From positions 5,674,976 through 5,738,975 of the forward strand of contig MU058824.1 of assembly GCA_013265495.1 (NCBI GenBank): DNA of 64,000 bases, given 5' to 3'. The notes beneath the pieces were generated by a model. That model was not told the origin of the DNA and searched no databases. It saw nothing but the letters and a program-made list of their open reading frames with translations. Position 1 is the first letter of the stretch. Each line of letters begins with the position of its first letter. The stretch comes from Vicugna vicugna. Its lineage: Eukaryota. This document shows, one piece after another, positions 1-13,049 of this stretch. The translations under genes and the position numbers were made by a program.

Positions 1-689
1 AGCTACCAGTTTCCCCTCTTGCTTGCTGTAAAGTTTAAAACAACATCAATTTTTAAGGACTTAAAGTGCTTTTCTATTTAAAATCAAACAAGACAAGCAT
101 CATTTTCATTCTGGGACTGTGCTTTGCTTCTTGAAGTGTAGTGAATATATAGACACACACTGAAAAATAATAATAATAAAAAAGCTAACTGATGGAAATG
201 AGTAATTGCTTGGCGGCAGGTCTGCAGGGAGAGCTCTGACACTGCACAGCACATATTTCATGAATAATGAGAGGAGTCTCAGAGCTGTGCAATCACTGCC
301 TATTGGGTCAGAAATTTCACATTAGTGGATTCATCAGAGCAGATCAGTGTCATAAAGACACTCTTTCCTGAGGTAAACACACCTTTCCCTTCACTGAACT
401 GTCATCTCTTGGTTGTATACTAGATACAGCTAAGACCTGAGAGAGAGGAGGGACATAAGTGGATTAGGAGTAGTTTATATCCCTATCATTCTACCTGCTT
501 ATTTAGAAAGAATGTTTTTAGCAGAGATGAGCTAGTAAATTTGTGGTTAACAAAGGGGTTAATAAAGCATTAGAGAAACAGAGTCAAAATGCACACTGAG
601 TTCTATGAATTTTACTTAGGGGACTGAAACTTAGAGAATTTAAAAGCTGTGAGAGGGACTTTAGAGCTTTTGTTCTAGAAATACCTTGA

Positions 690-1080
690 TGTGGTAGTCA
701 CTACTACTTTTTGTCAAATGCTCCTGTTCTTCCTGGTCCATTGTAGGATTTTACTTCCTGCTCTCTTGCAGCTCGGGGTAGTCATATGACTTGAGTTGAA
801 GTTGAGTTCAATGAACTGTGAACAGAAGTGATGCAGTTTCCTTTGGATGAAGCTTTAAGAGCCAGTGTGCAGTCTGCCATACTGCTTTTCTTCTACCAAT
901 GTGGCTACAGTGCAGATGGTGGCTGCTCAATCAACCTGGGTCCCGGAGAGAGAATAGGACAGAGCAGTGCCCTCAGGTAACCCCTGAAGGACATGTAACA
1001 TGACTGGGAAATGTTTTGAGCCAGTAAGATTGTGGACTGTTTGTTACTACAGCACACCTTAGCCTATCCTGACTGATACA
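690..1080 (+). mobile_element. MaLR solo LTR, old MLT1 (H/I/J-like)
   Basis: Starts TGTGGTAG, ends ...tttgttactacagcacaccttagcctatcctgactgataCA, a typical MLT1 3' terminus; ~390 bp. Confidence 0.8.
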
Positions 1081-1580
1081 TTAGGTACTTTCTTTGCTGT
1101 TTTTGCTCAAAACATCCTAGAGATGGCATGGAGGTTGAAAACATTGTTTTACAGTCAGATACAATTAGATTTGAAAGACAGTTTGAAGTGACTATCAGTC
1201 CATATAAAATAGAAATAATAGTTTTGTTAGGATTAAATAAGATAATGCATTTAAGATATTTAGTGTAGCGCCTATATAGAGTAATCTTTCCAATCATCAT
1301 TAACAAACGCTGTTAGGTAAGGCAGAGGCAGTTGTGCTAAACCAAGAGGCAAACTTTCTCCTCAGAAATAAGTGATATTGTTTATAATGAAAAGCATGCA
1401 CATTCCTAATCCTTCAAACACTACATTTTCTTCTTTTAACCTTAATGGAACATAGAATATTGGGATAAAGAGCACCTTAGTTACAATTTCATCCAAACTC
1501 TTGAGAAACCAAGTCCAGAGAGGTAAGGGATTTATCCAGAGACATGTACCTACTTAGTGGGAACAGGCAGAATTAGGGCT

Positions 1581-1712
1581 AGGGCCACTGTATAATTTAC
1601 CATCCAAATAGGACACTTTTGAAAGCAAAGGGACAACACTGTTAGTAACTGTAACAGAAGAACAGGTGGAAACTTGGACTTTCCCAGGCAAACCAGAACA
1701 TATGGTCACCCT
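1581..1712 (+). mobile_element. MER94-like hAT-Blackjack MITE, inserted in a degraded MIR
   Basis: ~132 bp, aggg..tataatttaccatccaaataggacacttttga ... aaaccagaacatatggtcaccct; terminal inverted repeat AGGGTGACCA-type. Confidence 0.75.
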
Positions 1713-2859
1713 GATTAGGATTTACTTTCCCAGGCTCTAGGCCTGGTGTCACTTTCCTTCCCAGCAGATGTCTTAATCCTATTGGTATAAGAAACTCTTC
1801 ATCATTCTACATTTAAAGATGTAGGGAAGGAAAGAAGAAACAAAACAACAGTTTTCCATTGTAACATTCTTTATAAATCATCTTTCCTTCCCCCTCCCCC
1901 CCACTCTGCTTTCTTTAGCTTAGTTTCTTTGTCACTTACAAGTTTAACTGTTTACATCAGTAACTGACTTGCTTTAAGCAGTAATGGCTACTGATTATGC
2001 TAGTGGGCCTGCATTTGAAAAAAGTTTCCACCACATGGCAGAGCCCAGAGGCGATTTACTGGAAAAACAACAACCAACAGATAACCTTCAAATAATGAAC
2101 AACATAGAGGAGAATACAGCCAAAAATGGGGGCTGAAATGATCAGTGGAACTTGCCCACAAATAACATTTATTCATATCCAGACAAGTTTCTAAAGGAGA
2201 CTGGCCCTTTCCCTTTCTGTATGCAGAAAAGAAACCATATTCTTACAGATACTAGAAATTAACTCACAAGAGAAACCAAAGGCTGGAAAGCACTGCGATA
2301 TTCTCTCCAAGTTTCCACTCCAAGGGTGAAAACAGGCCACACAGAAGAGAAAGGCCATGTGACTAGTTTAGGTGCTGAGGACCCATGTCCATTCCTGGAC
2401 GAGGATGCTCCTCCAGCCCCCTCACATGTGGATGGGCTGCCTGCTTCTGGCCAGTTAGTCTGTTGTGTCCCTTTTTAAAATTAGAGCTGCCTGTTCTACA
2501 GTGAAGCCTCAGCAGAATGTGTTGGTAAAACATGGCCTTTTATACATTTCCCTATCAAAACTGTAAGAAGAAATGCAAATATGTTGGATAATGAAGAGAG
2601 GAAGCAGAGGAGATGTACCCTGGGCAGCTCTGCTGTGGCTTAACTGAATCCCTGAGGCACCTTAATATCATTGGACACGCTTGCCCTGTTGTTTCCATCT
2701 GCTGCCTTACGGAGCAAGGTCAGCACGTAAAGATTGAACTCAACAAGCTGCTGAATCTCCCGTTGCAAAGTGCTTTTTCCCATTCTTTGGAGTTCGCAGA
2801 TGTGGTTGTGAGCACCCCAAAGCCCTGTGGCCTGCTCGCTTCCTTCCTCTCCAGTCTCA

Positions 2860-3157
2860 GACTTTACTAGCTGGACTCACCACCCTCCTCTGCATCACCC
2901 TTCACGCTCCTCACACAGGCCAAACTTGGTCAGACTTCCAGGGCCTTTGCATCCCTCTATCTGCCTGGGATGCTCTCTCTGCTGACTCTCTCATGGCAGG
3001 CTATTCTTAATCATTCAGGGACTTCCCCTGGTTATGGTTATCAATGTCAGTTATAAATATATCTCTAGAAGACTTCCTGGAATCTAATAAGTCCTCAATA
3101 AATATTTCTTAAAAATATGAATGAATGAATGAATGAATGAATGGGTAAATGAATGAA
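2860..3157 (+). mobile_element. L2 3' end with (TGAA)n tail
   Basis: cagggcctttgca...ctgcctgggatgctct motif, ctcaataaatattt, then (tgaa)n at ~3118-3157. Confidence 0.7.
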
Positions 3158-4213
3158 TTCCATATTGGTTCTAGAATCAAATGACCAAAGAGCCACTTCT
3201 TCCTTTAGCATGCAATTTCTAAAGGATATGTAAAAAATGCAGTAGAACCAGAGGTATTCTTAATGCTTAGGAAAGAGAATGATCTAGAAGGATGGAAATT
3301 CAGATGGTCCAGAGTCTCTACTGTACCTTATTTAGGGTCATCCCTGCTGTGCCTGCTCTGTCTCCTTCCCAGCTCTGGTCACTTCTCTGCCTGCTCTAGT
3401 TTCTTCTCAGCCCCTCAATTACCAAATGCTTCCTAACTTTCACTCTGTTTCTTGAAACCAAATGTTTTTCAAAATGCACTTTATCTCTAAGCCACTTAAC
3501 ATGAGTCTTTAAAACGATGTTTCATTTGAGCTTACTGACTCTCAGAAAAGTCTATAACTCTTTTTAGTGTTCTGGCCAGAGGCTTTTCTGAGTTTATCTT
3601 CTAGGAAAAGGACATCACATTTTCTCCTATCTCTTGACCAAAGTCAAAAAGCTCCAGCCCAGGAAAACTCAAATTGTGTTGGATTGGAATGATTAGGCTC
3701 TGAATAATGTGTACATTTCACCAAAAGGGTTTTAGCACAATGAGCTCTAAATCAAGTTCAAGTTCAGGGGATGTTGTATGACTGTGAGTCTCAAGGAATG
3801 ACAATCTTTGTCTTCCATGCCATTACCTATTTGAGAATGGGGAGGGGAAAGCATTGATGGAGCTACCCTATTATCATGCTTTAGGTCAATCACTCCATCT
3901 TAGGAGTGATCTGTAATATTAAGTAGCACAGTTTTTATTTCATGGGTGACAGAACCAGGAGGTGAAGAAGTGACTTAGTAAAGGATATGAATGATTTAAG
4001 TGATGACCTAAAATTTCCTGATTCCACTATAATCTCCAATTCTCCCTCTCTTTTTCTCTTTCTCTTCCTTTCCTTCCACCCCCAACTAGTCTAGTCTGTA
4101 AGGTGCTAAAATGCATAGGTATGCCCTTTCTTTTGCTTTGCTTTTAATTCACTCCACACACATCAAAAGGCACCACAGACAGAGAAGTGCTGACAATCAG
4201 ATCAGCTGGGCGA

Positions 4214-4670
4214 TCTGTTGAATCTCTTCCATTTGTCCCTCCAGATTCAATTCCCACCTTTCTTCACCTTGATCTGTGCCCCAGGCAGCTAACTTTTAAG
4301 GACCCATCAACAGGCTTCTTGCCTGGCATCTAGCTGGGTTTGGTGAAAGGGCGCGCCTGGCAGGGACTGGAAGGCAGGAGCAGAGTGCAGTGGAGACATC
4401 TGTCCTGTATCCCTACTTGCCAGCTCACCGTGGTTGGTTGGGACCTTCTATAGAAAGCGCTGTCAGCAGCAAATCTCTTGTCCTAAATGGCTGGCTTCCT
4501 TCTCCTGCCCCTTCAGACACAGAGGGGCTAAGGAATCCCTGCTGTTGTTGGACTGCAGCATGCCACTATCCCTAGTTGCTTTGCTAAACCTGCCAGCATG
4601 TATGGAATTGGTGCCTTTCTCTCCTGAAAGACCAAATTTGGTGGTACTGTCTGTTTCCTGCCTTGTCTCT
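4214..4670 (-). mobile_element. ERVL LTR (LTR33-like)
   Basis: GC-richer ~450 bp block with gctgggtttggtgaaagggcg..ctggcagggactggaaggcaggagcagag motif resembling antisense LTR33. Confidence 0.6.
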
Positions 4671-4719
4671 GGTATAGATGGGTAGATGAAGGCAACCAGT
4701 ATATGTCTCTAGTAAAAGT

Positions 4720-4940
4720 GGGCATTTGCTCGGTGCTAGCCCTCTGCAAGGACCTATCCATGTGTACTTGTTTTTCAACTTCACAATAACTGTCTGAATC
4801 AGATATCATTGAGCCCACTTTACAGCTGGGAAAACTGAGTCCCCATGCGGTCATATAGCATGGTCTGGATCACACAGCTGGTAGTTAGAGACTGTCATGA
4901 TATCCCCATAGAAGCCCATCTGGCCCCAAAGCTGTTACAG
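4720..4940 (-). mobile_element. MIR SINE
   Basis: Core cccactttacagctgggaaaactgagt. Confidence 0.7.
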
Positions 4941-6824
4941 TGATTACATATGCAGAACAAATATTTTCTCACAGATAAGGAGAAATTAGGAATGGGGAAA
5001 AGATTAAGTTCCCAAGGAGTGAGGCGCACACCAGAGAGACTGACCTATCTGTTCCTTTGGAATCCACCAGCAAGGTAAAGAAACAATGGCCACGCCCTCT
5101 TCGCCAACAATGGTGATACATAAGCAAGTGCCGGGGGCCTTCCCTGGCCACCAAACTTCTCACAACAGTCAGGTGTCTCTGAGAAGGTTCCTGCTGGCTC
5201 TTTGGCCCTAAACCCTACTGGTCACCTCCTGAAGAGGCAACTCTTCTTTCCATACCTTTCCACCACTCGCCTTGATGCCTGCACAGTCTGGGACACAAGT
5301 GTAGCTCCTAGGCTCCCATTTAATCTGGCAATCAGCACCTTCATGCTTCTCCCATCCCTGTGAGTGTAGAACTCAGCACAGCCTGAAATTCCCACCCCTG
5401 ATGGAGAGCTCTGAATTATTCATCAACCCAATAATGGCAGGTGATGAGATCTTTTCCCGATATGTCCCTGTCAGTAGGTGTTTATTAATCTGTTTCACCA
5501 GCCACCCAGCTCTGACTGCGGGGCCAGAAGAACCCCACGTGCCGCCTGACATGTATCGGCAGAGACAGCACTTTAAAGACTCCCTTTTGCCTGGGAGGTC
5601 ATCTGAAGGTTATTAGGAACAAATTATTTCTTCATTTCCGCTGACTGAGTAGATAGCCTTAATGATCTGTCACCTAGCAATAGCCTGCCTGTTCAAACAT
5701 AAAGAATGGCAGGCTGATGGGCTTATAACTAGAATCAGTTCATTTTAGCTATTCTCTTGTCAAGCATGTTTCCAAGATACATATAGTATTTACATATTCA
5801 TGAGTCTCTGCCGACACTGATGCCGTGAGGGGGCCTGTCTGATAATGTGATACAAGTTTGTACTGTGTCCTCAGGCACTTAAAGTCTATTAAGTGAATAA
5901 AGTCTACCCAGGGCCTCTCCTCCTGGAGGTGTTCTCCATTTTAAACACAGAGACGCTCTCCCAATTTCAGGCACTTGTCTCCTCCTCCTCTCCCCCCTTC
6001 CCTGCCCTCTAACATCCACCGGAATCTATCCTTACTGAGAGGAAGATCTGCTTTAAAGAAAGTGAGCAAGCCATTGGGAGTCTTCCCTCCTTCCAGCAGG
6101 GCAAACCCATCCATGAGATTTTTGCTTTACGTTCTTTTAGGCTTTGTGTAGGTAACTCAAATGACACTGTGTAAAGCAAAGCTGCAGCTGGCTTTGCAAA
6201 TTTTGGACTTTGACAGCATTTTCGAGTTTCTTTGGGCTACTTGTAGCTAATTACTATTTCATGCCTTTGACTTCGTGATGGCCTATGGCCTTGTCTCAAT
6301 CTATCTAGTTGAGGCTGGTGCTCTAGGCATAAATCTTACTATGAAACCAAATCACCTGGGGAGGACCTGAGATTTGTCATTTGGAGAGAGATTCTTATTA
6401 TCCTATCTCTGATCTCCCATCTCCTACCCCACCCAAAACACAATCTTCCTACCCTGATTATGATTCTTAAAAGAAAAAGGTATAATTAGGATGTATGTTG
6501 TTATGCCTATTTGGACCTCTCTGTGCTAAATAAATAAATATTTATATTCATTCATTCATTCGACAGCCTATAAGTTGTGACATGAAATTCTGGAAGGCCT
6601 AGGAATATGATCTGTCCTTTAATTCTAGGATGTTTGTGTCCAGTTTCCATCTTCATGGACAGTTAAGTGCCAAAGAAAGCAAATTGCTTTTTAAAGTACT
6701 ACTGAGGTGTCCTTGAGTGTAAGAACCTTAATTACTTTCAGAGAATAAGTACCAAGAAAAAAAAAAAAGATAATATCCCATAAGGGAGTTGCTGGAAGAC
6801 TTCAGAAGTTGCTCATTTCCTTTA

Positions 6825-6935
6825 AGAGTCAGTTTCTCTACATGTGAAATGGGGATAATTACTTGAATCCTTTTTCCTGCTCAGAAAGTCATTACAAGGA
6901 TTAACGAGATAATAAGTTAGTGAGCATACTGGGAA
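6825..6935 (+). mobile_element. MIR SINE fragment
   Basis: Core tcagtttctctacatgtgaaatggggataat ... aggattaacgagataat. Confidence 0.7.
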
Positions 6936-7270
6936 TTCCTTGAGAAGCTGCATTAAAATGGACCCAAAGCGTAACTGTTTGGCAGATAAGTAAATATTCC
7001 ATAAACCTAATGATGTGCCATTCATTCAAAAATTTGTCAGAGCATTCTGAGTTATCTTTCACAGGAGCTTTAAGGATGTCCCTGGATGGGCATAGGCTCC
7101 AGTTGGTACAGAGACCAAAATATCAAGGGAAAGCCCAGGGTCACCAAGGGGGAATCGCTCTAGGAGAAAACAGTGGGAGATTCTAGGAACATCATACTCT
7201 GGGTCCCCACTTCTCCCATGACTGAAGGAAACTCTAGTTTTAAGAAGAAAAGTTTGAAAATCAAGGCTTT

Positions 7271-7475
7271 CATGATCTAATATGGTAACTACTAGCCCCA
7301 ACCGGCAATTTACATGTAAGTTTAAATTAATTAAAGTAAAATAAAAAATTCAGCTTCTCAGTCAGAGTAGCCACATTTCAAATGTTTCATAGCTGCATGT
7401 GGCTTATGGCTACTGTGCTGGACAGTGCAGATATAGAACATTTCCATTGTTCCAGAGTTCTACTGGACAGCACTA
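7271..7475. mobile_element. MER3 hAT-Charlie MITE
   Basis: tagccacatttcaaatg...catgtggcttatggctactgtgctggacagtgcagatatagaacatttccatt...tactggacagcact. Confidence 0.8.
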
Positions 7476-7483
7476 GTCTAGGC

Positions 7484-7819
7484 CATTCTCAGACTTGAGT
7501 ATGCATAAGAACGAGTCCAGGAGCTTCTTAAAATTCGTATTTCTGAGACTCACTCTCAGAAATCCTGATTCAGTAAGTGTCAGAAGAGTCGTGGAAATCT
7601 AAATATTTATGAAGTTCTCCAGATAATTCTGGTAATGGTGGTTGGTGACAAAATCTGGCTTTAATAACACTACTTCAAGTGTGTTCCATAGACTGGCAGC
7701 ATTAGCATCACCTGAAAACTTGTATGTAAGGCAAATTCAAGAATTTGGTATGGGACTCAGAAATCTATTTACAAGTTTTCCAAGTGATTCTCATGGATGC
7801 TAAACTTTGAGAACTACTA
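7484..7819. mobile_element. Adjacent MER5-family hAT-Charlie MITEs (MER5B-like then MER5A-like)
   Basis: ctgattcagtaag, cagcattagcatcacctga, gtgattctcatg..ctaaactttgagaactact motifs; flanked by NTCTAGAN-like 8-mers. Confidence 0.7.
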
Positions 7820-9304
7820 ATCTAGACAACAGAAAAATATAACTGTAGCCTGAAAATTACTGAAATTTAGATGCAAATATTCACAGTCTAAGATGACTAC
7901 ATTGGGATTTATTTAAAGTTACATGTCATCAACTTATATAAAATTCATCCATCCATCCTTCCATTCTTTCATTCATTCACTGCTTTTAGGATATCTATTA
8001 TGTGCTATGCATTTGTAATGAGACTTGGGAATACAGCAATGAACATAATTGTTATAATCCTTGCTTTTAATTTAATTGTTGCTAACTCAGTTTTGATCAT
8101 TTTTCCTCCAGTTTTTGGTGGGATGAGTACAAATAAAATTATTTATTCAACTAGAGGTTGGTTCATTGCATTGGTGAGCCCTCCAGTTCCTTGCTTAGCA
8201 CAGATCAATAGGTAGAATACTTAGGTTCACGCAGATATTCAGGAGGAGATAAAACTAAAAGTCAGTTTTCCAGATCCAGGCCAGGACCAGCAGTGTTTAG
8301 GGAAAAAAATGAGTAACGGAATTTTCTAACTAGTTCATAGTCACATGTTCTAGTGCTTACTTTAGTGGCTTTAGCTACTGAATATTTTCAATAGCAATTT
8401 GTATATAACAAAGTTTTATCATAGCATTGATGCATACTCTGATACATAATGAATTTCTCTTTCATATTTCTTTTTCCTCAAAATATATTTTATTACACAT
8501 TATATTCATTTATCACATTATAACATAGAGAAGTAGAAAAATACTATTAAAAACTCCCATGTACCACCACCTAGATTTAATCATTCTTTCAACTTATGGC
8601 TAACCCCTTTACTTCTCTCTACCTCTATCCAATTCCCTCCCCCATATTATTTTGAAGCAAATGTCAGATACCATTTCATCTTTCAATATTTCCAAATGTA
8701 TCTCTAAAACATAAGGGCTCTATTACACACACACAGACACCCAATCATATTATCATTATGACCACAGTAAAGATGTGAAAATTTTTCTAATATTATCAAA
8801 TATTCAATGTTCCAATTTCCATGTCCTTCAGGAATATATTTTTTTAGTTGATCTGAATTAATATAAAGTCCACATGTTGCTATTAAGAGATTTTTTTTAG
8901 TCTCTTTCAATAAATTGATAATCCTTTCATCTTTGTCTTCTTATAATTAATTTATCAAATAAATTGGTTTGGCTGTTCGGTAGGTTTCTACATTCTTGAG
9001 TGTCACTGACTGCATATTGCTGGTATCATTTAGCATGTTCCTCTATCCTCTAAATTTCCTGTAAATTGGTAGTTGGATCTAGAGGCATAATCATATTTAG
9101 GTTTGATTTTTTTGGCAGTCACTTCACAGGTGATGTTGAGTTCTCTTATCAGAAAGTATATGATGTCATTTCGTGATGTTAACAGCTATTTATGATTAAT
9201 GCCCAGACATATTTATTAATTTGGGTTTTCAAAATAGTGATACCCAAATTCTATTACCCCTTTTCATCTGTTAGCTCGAATACTTTTATAAAGAGAAGCT
9301 TTCC

Positions 9305-10171
9305 ATAGCAGCAGTATTTACAATAGCCAAGGCATGGAAACAGCCTAAATGTCCTTCAACAGATGACTAGATAAAGAAGATGTGGAATATTTATACAATG
9401 GAATACTACTCAGCCATAAAAATGACAACATAACGCCATTTGCAGCAACATGGATGTCCCTGGAGAATGTCACTCTAAGTGAAGTAAGCCAGAAAGAGAA
9501 AGAAAAATACCATATGAGATTGCTCATATGTGGAATCTAAAACAAAAACAAAAACAAAAACAAAAACAAANNNNNNNNNNNNNNNNNNNNNNNNNNNNNN
9601 NNNNNNNNNNNNNNNNNNNNNNNNNNNNNNNNNNNNNNNNNNNNNNNNNNNNNNNNNNNNNNNNNNNNNNNNNNNNNNNNNNNNNNNNNNNNNNNNNNNN
9701 NNNNNNNNNNNNNNNNNNNNNNNNNNNNNNNNNNNNNNNNNNNNNNNNNNNNNNNNNNNNNNNNNNNNNNNNNNNNNNNNNNNNNNNNNNNNNNNNNNNN
9801 NNNNNNNNNNAATTTGACACTGTAAAATGATTATAAATCAATAAAAAAATGTTAAAAAAAAAACCAGAAACAGACTCATAGACATAGAATACAAACTTGT
9901 GAACTTGTGGTTGCCAAAGGGGTGGGGAGTGGGAAGGGACAGACAGATTTCAAAATTTGTAGATACTGACAGGCATATGCAGAATAGATAAACAAGATTA
10001 TACTGTATAGCACAGGGAAATATATACAAGACCTTGTGGTAGCTCACAGTGAAAAAAAATGTGACAATGAATATATGTATGTTCATGTATAACTGAAAAA
10101 TTGTGCTCTACACTGGAATTTGACACAACACTGTAAAATGACTATAACTCAATAAAAAAATGTTAAAAAAA
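9305..10171 (+). mobile_element. Young 5'-truncated L1 (camelid-type 3' UTR) with 15-bp TSD
   Basis: ORF2 end (atagcagcagtatttacaatagccaag...aatggaatactactcagccataaaa), 3'UTR, AATAAA, A-tail; TSD aaagagaagctttcc at 9290-9304 and 10172-10186. Confidence 0.93.
9571..9810. other. Assembly gap (240 N) preceded by a (CAAAAA)n tract
   Basis: Run of n. Confidence 1.
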
Positions 10172-11139
10172 AAAGAGAAGCTTTCCTTCATCTACTATTT
10201 GTTTATCTGGTATAACAGTCCATTTAGGAATGATAAGAAAAATAGTTTATTTTTCTCCTTTATTTACTAGTTGGCAAAAAACAAGTTGGTTGGTTTACTA
10301 GCAGTTAGTTATTTTCTCCTTCCTTCCTTCCCTCCCTCAGGTTGGTTCCCAAGTCCTTTTGACACAGTGGTAACTTCCTTGTTATCCATCTGGGTTTATT
10401 TTGTATATTCCTAGGCTTATTTTGTATATTTCCTGCTCTGAACATGAAGTTAGACATTTCTCTGATGTGACTTATTTTCTTTCAGTGAAAAACGTTATTT
10501 GGAGTAAAAAATTTGTGGAGGTTCATTGCTACTGAGTTGCTCAGTATTTCTAGGCCCTTTCAGGGAGCAGATCTAGAACGTACATTATCCACATATAAAA
10601 TACATCTTGGGTTTATGCTGATTTTTCCAATTCCAATTCCATACTATAGGGTTTTTTGTTGTTGTTGTTGTTGGTAGCTTCTTTAGTATTACGTATACTA
10701 CGAAACGTACAAAAATCCCTCCCACTTTCAAATGCTGGTATTAAATTAGCTAGCTGCACCTTCCAAGGGATGTCTGCTAGCTATGTTGGGGTTGTGCATT
10801 CTTAAATCTGTTGGGTTTCCTCTCACACAGATGCTGATGTTATGTTGATTTTGTAGATCCTGTGGTGCTCCTTTCCCCCTACCTGCTCATATTTAGGGGT
10901 TCATGGGGATAACTTACCACCTAGTTGTGTTTCAGATGTAGTCAGTGGATTTTTGTTTTGCCTTCTAGTTCCTCTGTCTCTTTTAATGGGAACATTTGTT
11001 TAAATACACAAACTTGAAGTGTATTTTAAGTTTGATGCTACATTGAAAAGATCAATTGTTTTCACAACATATTTTAATAGAATTTCTGTTTGTGGCTCCA
11101 GGTTTCAAAGGTTTAAAGGAAAAGAACTGAGTTTTCTCA

Positions 11140-11271
11140 GGTGATAGTTGGGATGCTTAATAAACAGGTCACCGACAGAGGCCTCTCATCTTTATGAGTG
11201 ACTGGAGATTTCATAGAGTTCTGAAACTCAGCTGAAATGACTGTGCTCAACATTGTGTAGCAAAATCCATT
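11140..11271 (-). pseudogene. Possible exon remnant
   Basis: 44 open codons NGFCYTMLSTVISAEFQNSMKSPVTHKDERPLSVTCLLSIPTIT*; no clear splice sites. Confidence 0.3.
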
Positions 11272-11704
11272 TTAAAAAAACTTAATATTCCAAAGAGAAG
11301 AGAAAATGAAGGCGGATACCACAAAATACTTTTCTTTTCAAAAAAAAGCAATTCTCAATGGTTGAAAGGTAGGATAGGAGAAAAAGTTTAGGATAAAGGA
11401 GAACCAACTAACATCTCTGAAAAATAACCAACTATAATAAAATATTATGTGCACAATTCCTTTAAGTATCCATTTTTGAAGACAGGATATAATTTAAAAG
11501 TCCAGGCCTGAAAATAGATTATAATATTATAGCAAATAATCCAGAGCTTGCTATAACTAGTTTAACTATTAGAATGATTGCCAGTGAACATTTTAGTCTC
11601 TGGTATTAACTCGGGTATTTTCATTTTAACTACATAAAAACTATAAAATATTTTAGAATAACATTAGAAACTTGTGTTATTTACCATCTATTATCTTGTG
11701 CTTC

Positions 11705-11950
11705 AATAACTTTTTGTACTGAGATATATTCACATACCATAAGATTCACCATTTTAAGTGTATTACATTTATATTCACAGGGTAGCACAACTATCAGAAT
11801 TATCTAATTTCAGAACATTTTCATCTTCCTCCCCCTCAAAAAATGCCATACCTGTTAGCAGTCACTCCCCATTCCCTTCCCCCGTGCCCTGACAACCAGG
11901 AATCTACTTTTTGTCTCTATGGATTTGCCTATTGTGGACTTTTCACATAC
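11705..11950 (-). mobile_element. L1MB-like 3' end
   Basis: tgagatatattcacataccataagattcaccattttaagtg ... tgtctctatggatttgcctatt. Confidence 0.8.
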
Positions 11951-12208
11951 ATCCCCAAAAGTGGGGTCTGTATATGCAACACTTTTAAATTCAGAAATAG
12001 TTTTTCCACCATAGATTGGGAAGTATCTCTTCCTAGGTGAAAATCTCTACACGTGTATCTGTTCTGTCTTGTGCAGCACAGTGCTCCATGTTGTATTGCT
12101 TTGGTTTTCATTTTTTGAATGCTACTTAATAGCTAATATTTACCACTCTTCTCTCATTCAACCTGTTTCCTCTATTGTTTGGATTATAGAGATGTAAACC
12201 CCTTTTAC

Positions 12209-12325
12209 TCATCCTGATTGACCAGAAAAGTTCTATCTCTTCAGCCTGGTCAAGGAAATCATCAATTGGTCAGATTTGGAGTGTTTCAATGTCCTTATCT
12301 TTGAGATCTTCACTAAAGCTTTACT
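12209..12325 (-). pseudogene. Possible exon remnant abutting an L2
   Basis: SFSEDLKDKDIETLQI*PIDDFLDQAEEIELFWSIRM then A|gtaaaa donor. Confidence 0.4.
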
Positions 12326-12349
12326 GGAAGCTTTAATGTCTCTACTATT

Positions 12350-12685
12350 CATGTTATTGATTCATTTATTCTTCTATTAAAGAATGATTGCATCCCTACT
12401 ATATGCTGTGTACTATGTACCACATACTAAGTGCTGGGAAAACAGAAATGCTTCCAAGTCATTACACTCTAGGGATGTCATACAAGCAAATAGGCTATTG
12501 CCATAGAGTATGATAAGAGCTACAAGAAGAAATAGCACATGGCACTCTGAAAGGACATATCAGTTTTGGCAGTTTGCAGACAGTGTCCTTAAAAATTTGT
12601 TACCTAAACCAAAACTTTAAGGATGAGTAGCAGATAAACAATAAGGGGAAATAAGGCTGGGGGCAGAGATAATTCAGCAAATATT
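12350..12685 (-). mobile_element. L2 fragment
   Basis: ttcatttattc, cctactatatg, ctaagtgctggg, tgtgataag-like and aaggatgagtag motifs. Confidence 0.6.
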
Positions 12686-13049
12686 TTCTTGGATTCTAAG
12701 TACATTATTTTAATAAGATTAATTTTCACCTACTCTGAGTACCCCATAGGGTACTACCCTACCCTATAGGGTATAGAAAGGAAAATGTAGAGTACATAAA
12801 AATGCATATAAAGTTAACATTTTTGAATGAATACATCCCAGCCCGTGCCTCGAACTTTCCGATCTTATAGAAGAAATGTAACTTGTTGCCACCTTTTACC
12901 CTCAGCACTTACAAAAAGACCAACACAGACCAAGAATACAATACTAGTTTGTTAATGATCATGACAATGATCAAAATGGGAATGGGCTCTTGAAAAAAAT
13001 GTTTTGTAAAACAATAAATATACTCAGGGAACCAGGAACTGAAAGCTGA

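Larger units (their letters stand above)
8520..10640 (-). mobile_element. Old L1 (L1MC-like) 3' UTR, interrupted by a young L1
   Basis: tattttgaagcaaat..cagat, aaattggtagttggatctagaggc and similar L1MC 3'UTR antisense motifs on both sides of the 9305-10171 insertion. Confidence 0.6.

Noticed and set aside
4390..4854. Cluster of overlapping ORFs
   Set aside because: Explained by a GC-richer LTR plus MIR.
9524..9841. ORFs of 95-105 aa
   Set aside because: Artefacts of the N gap.
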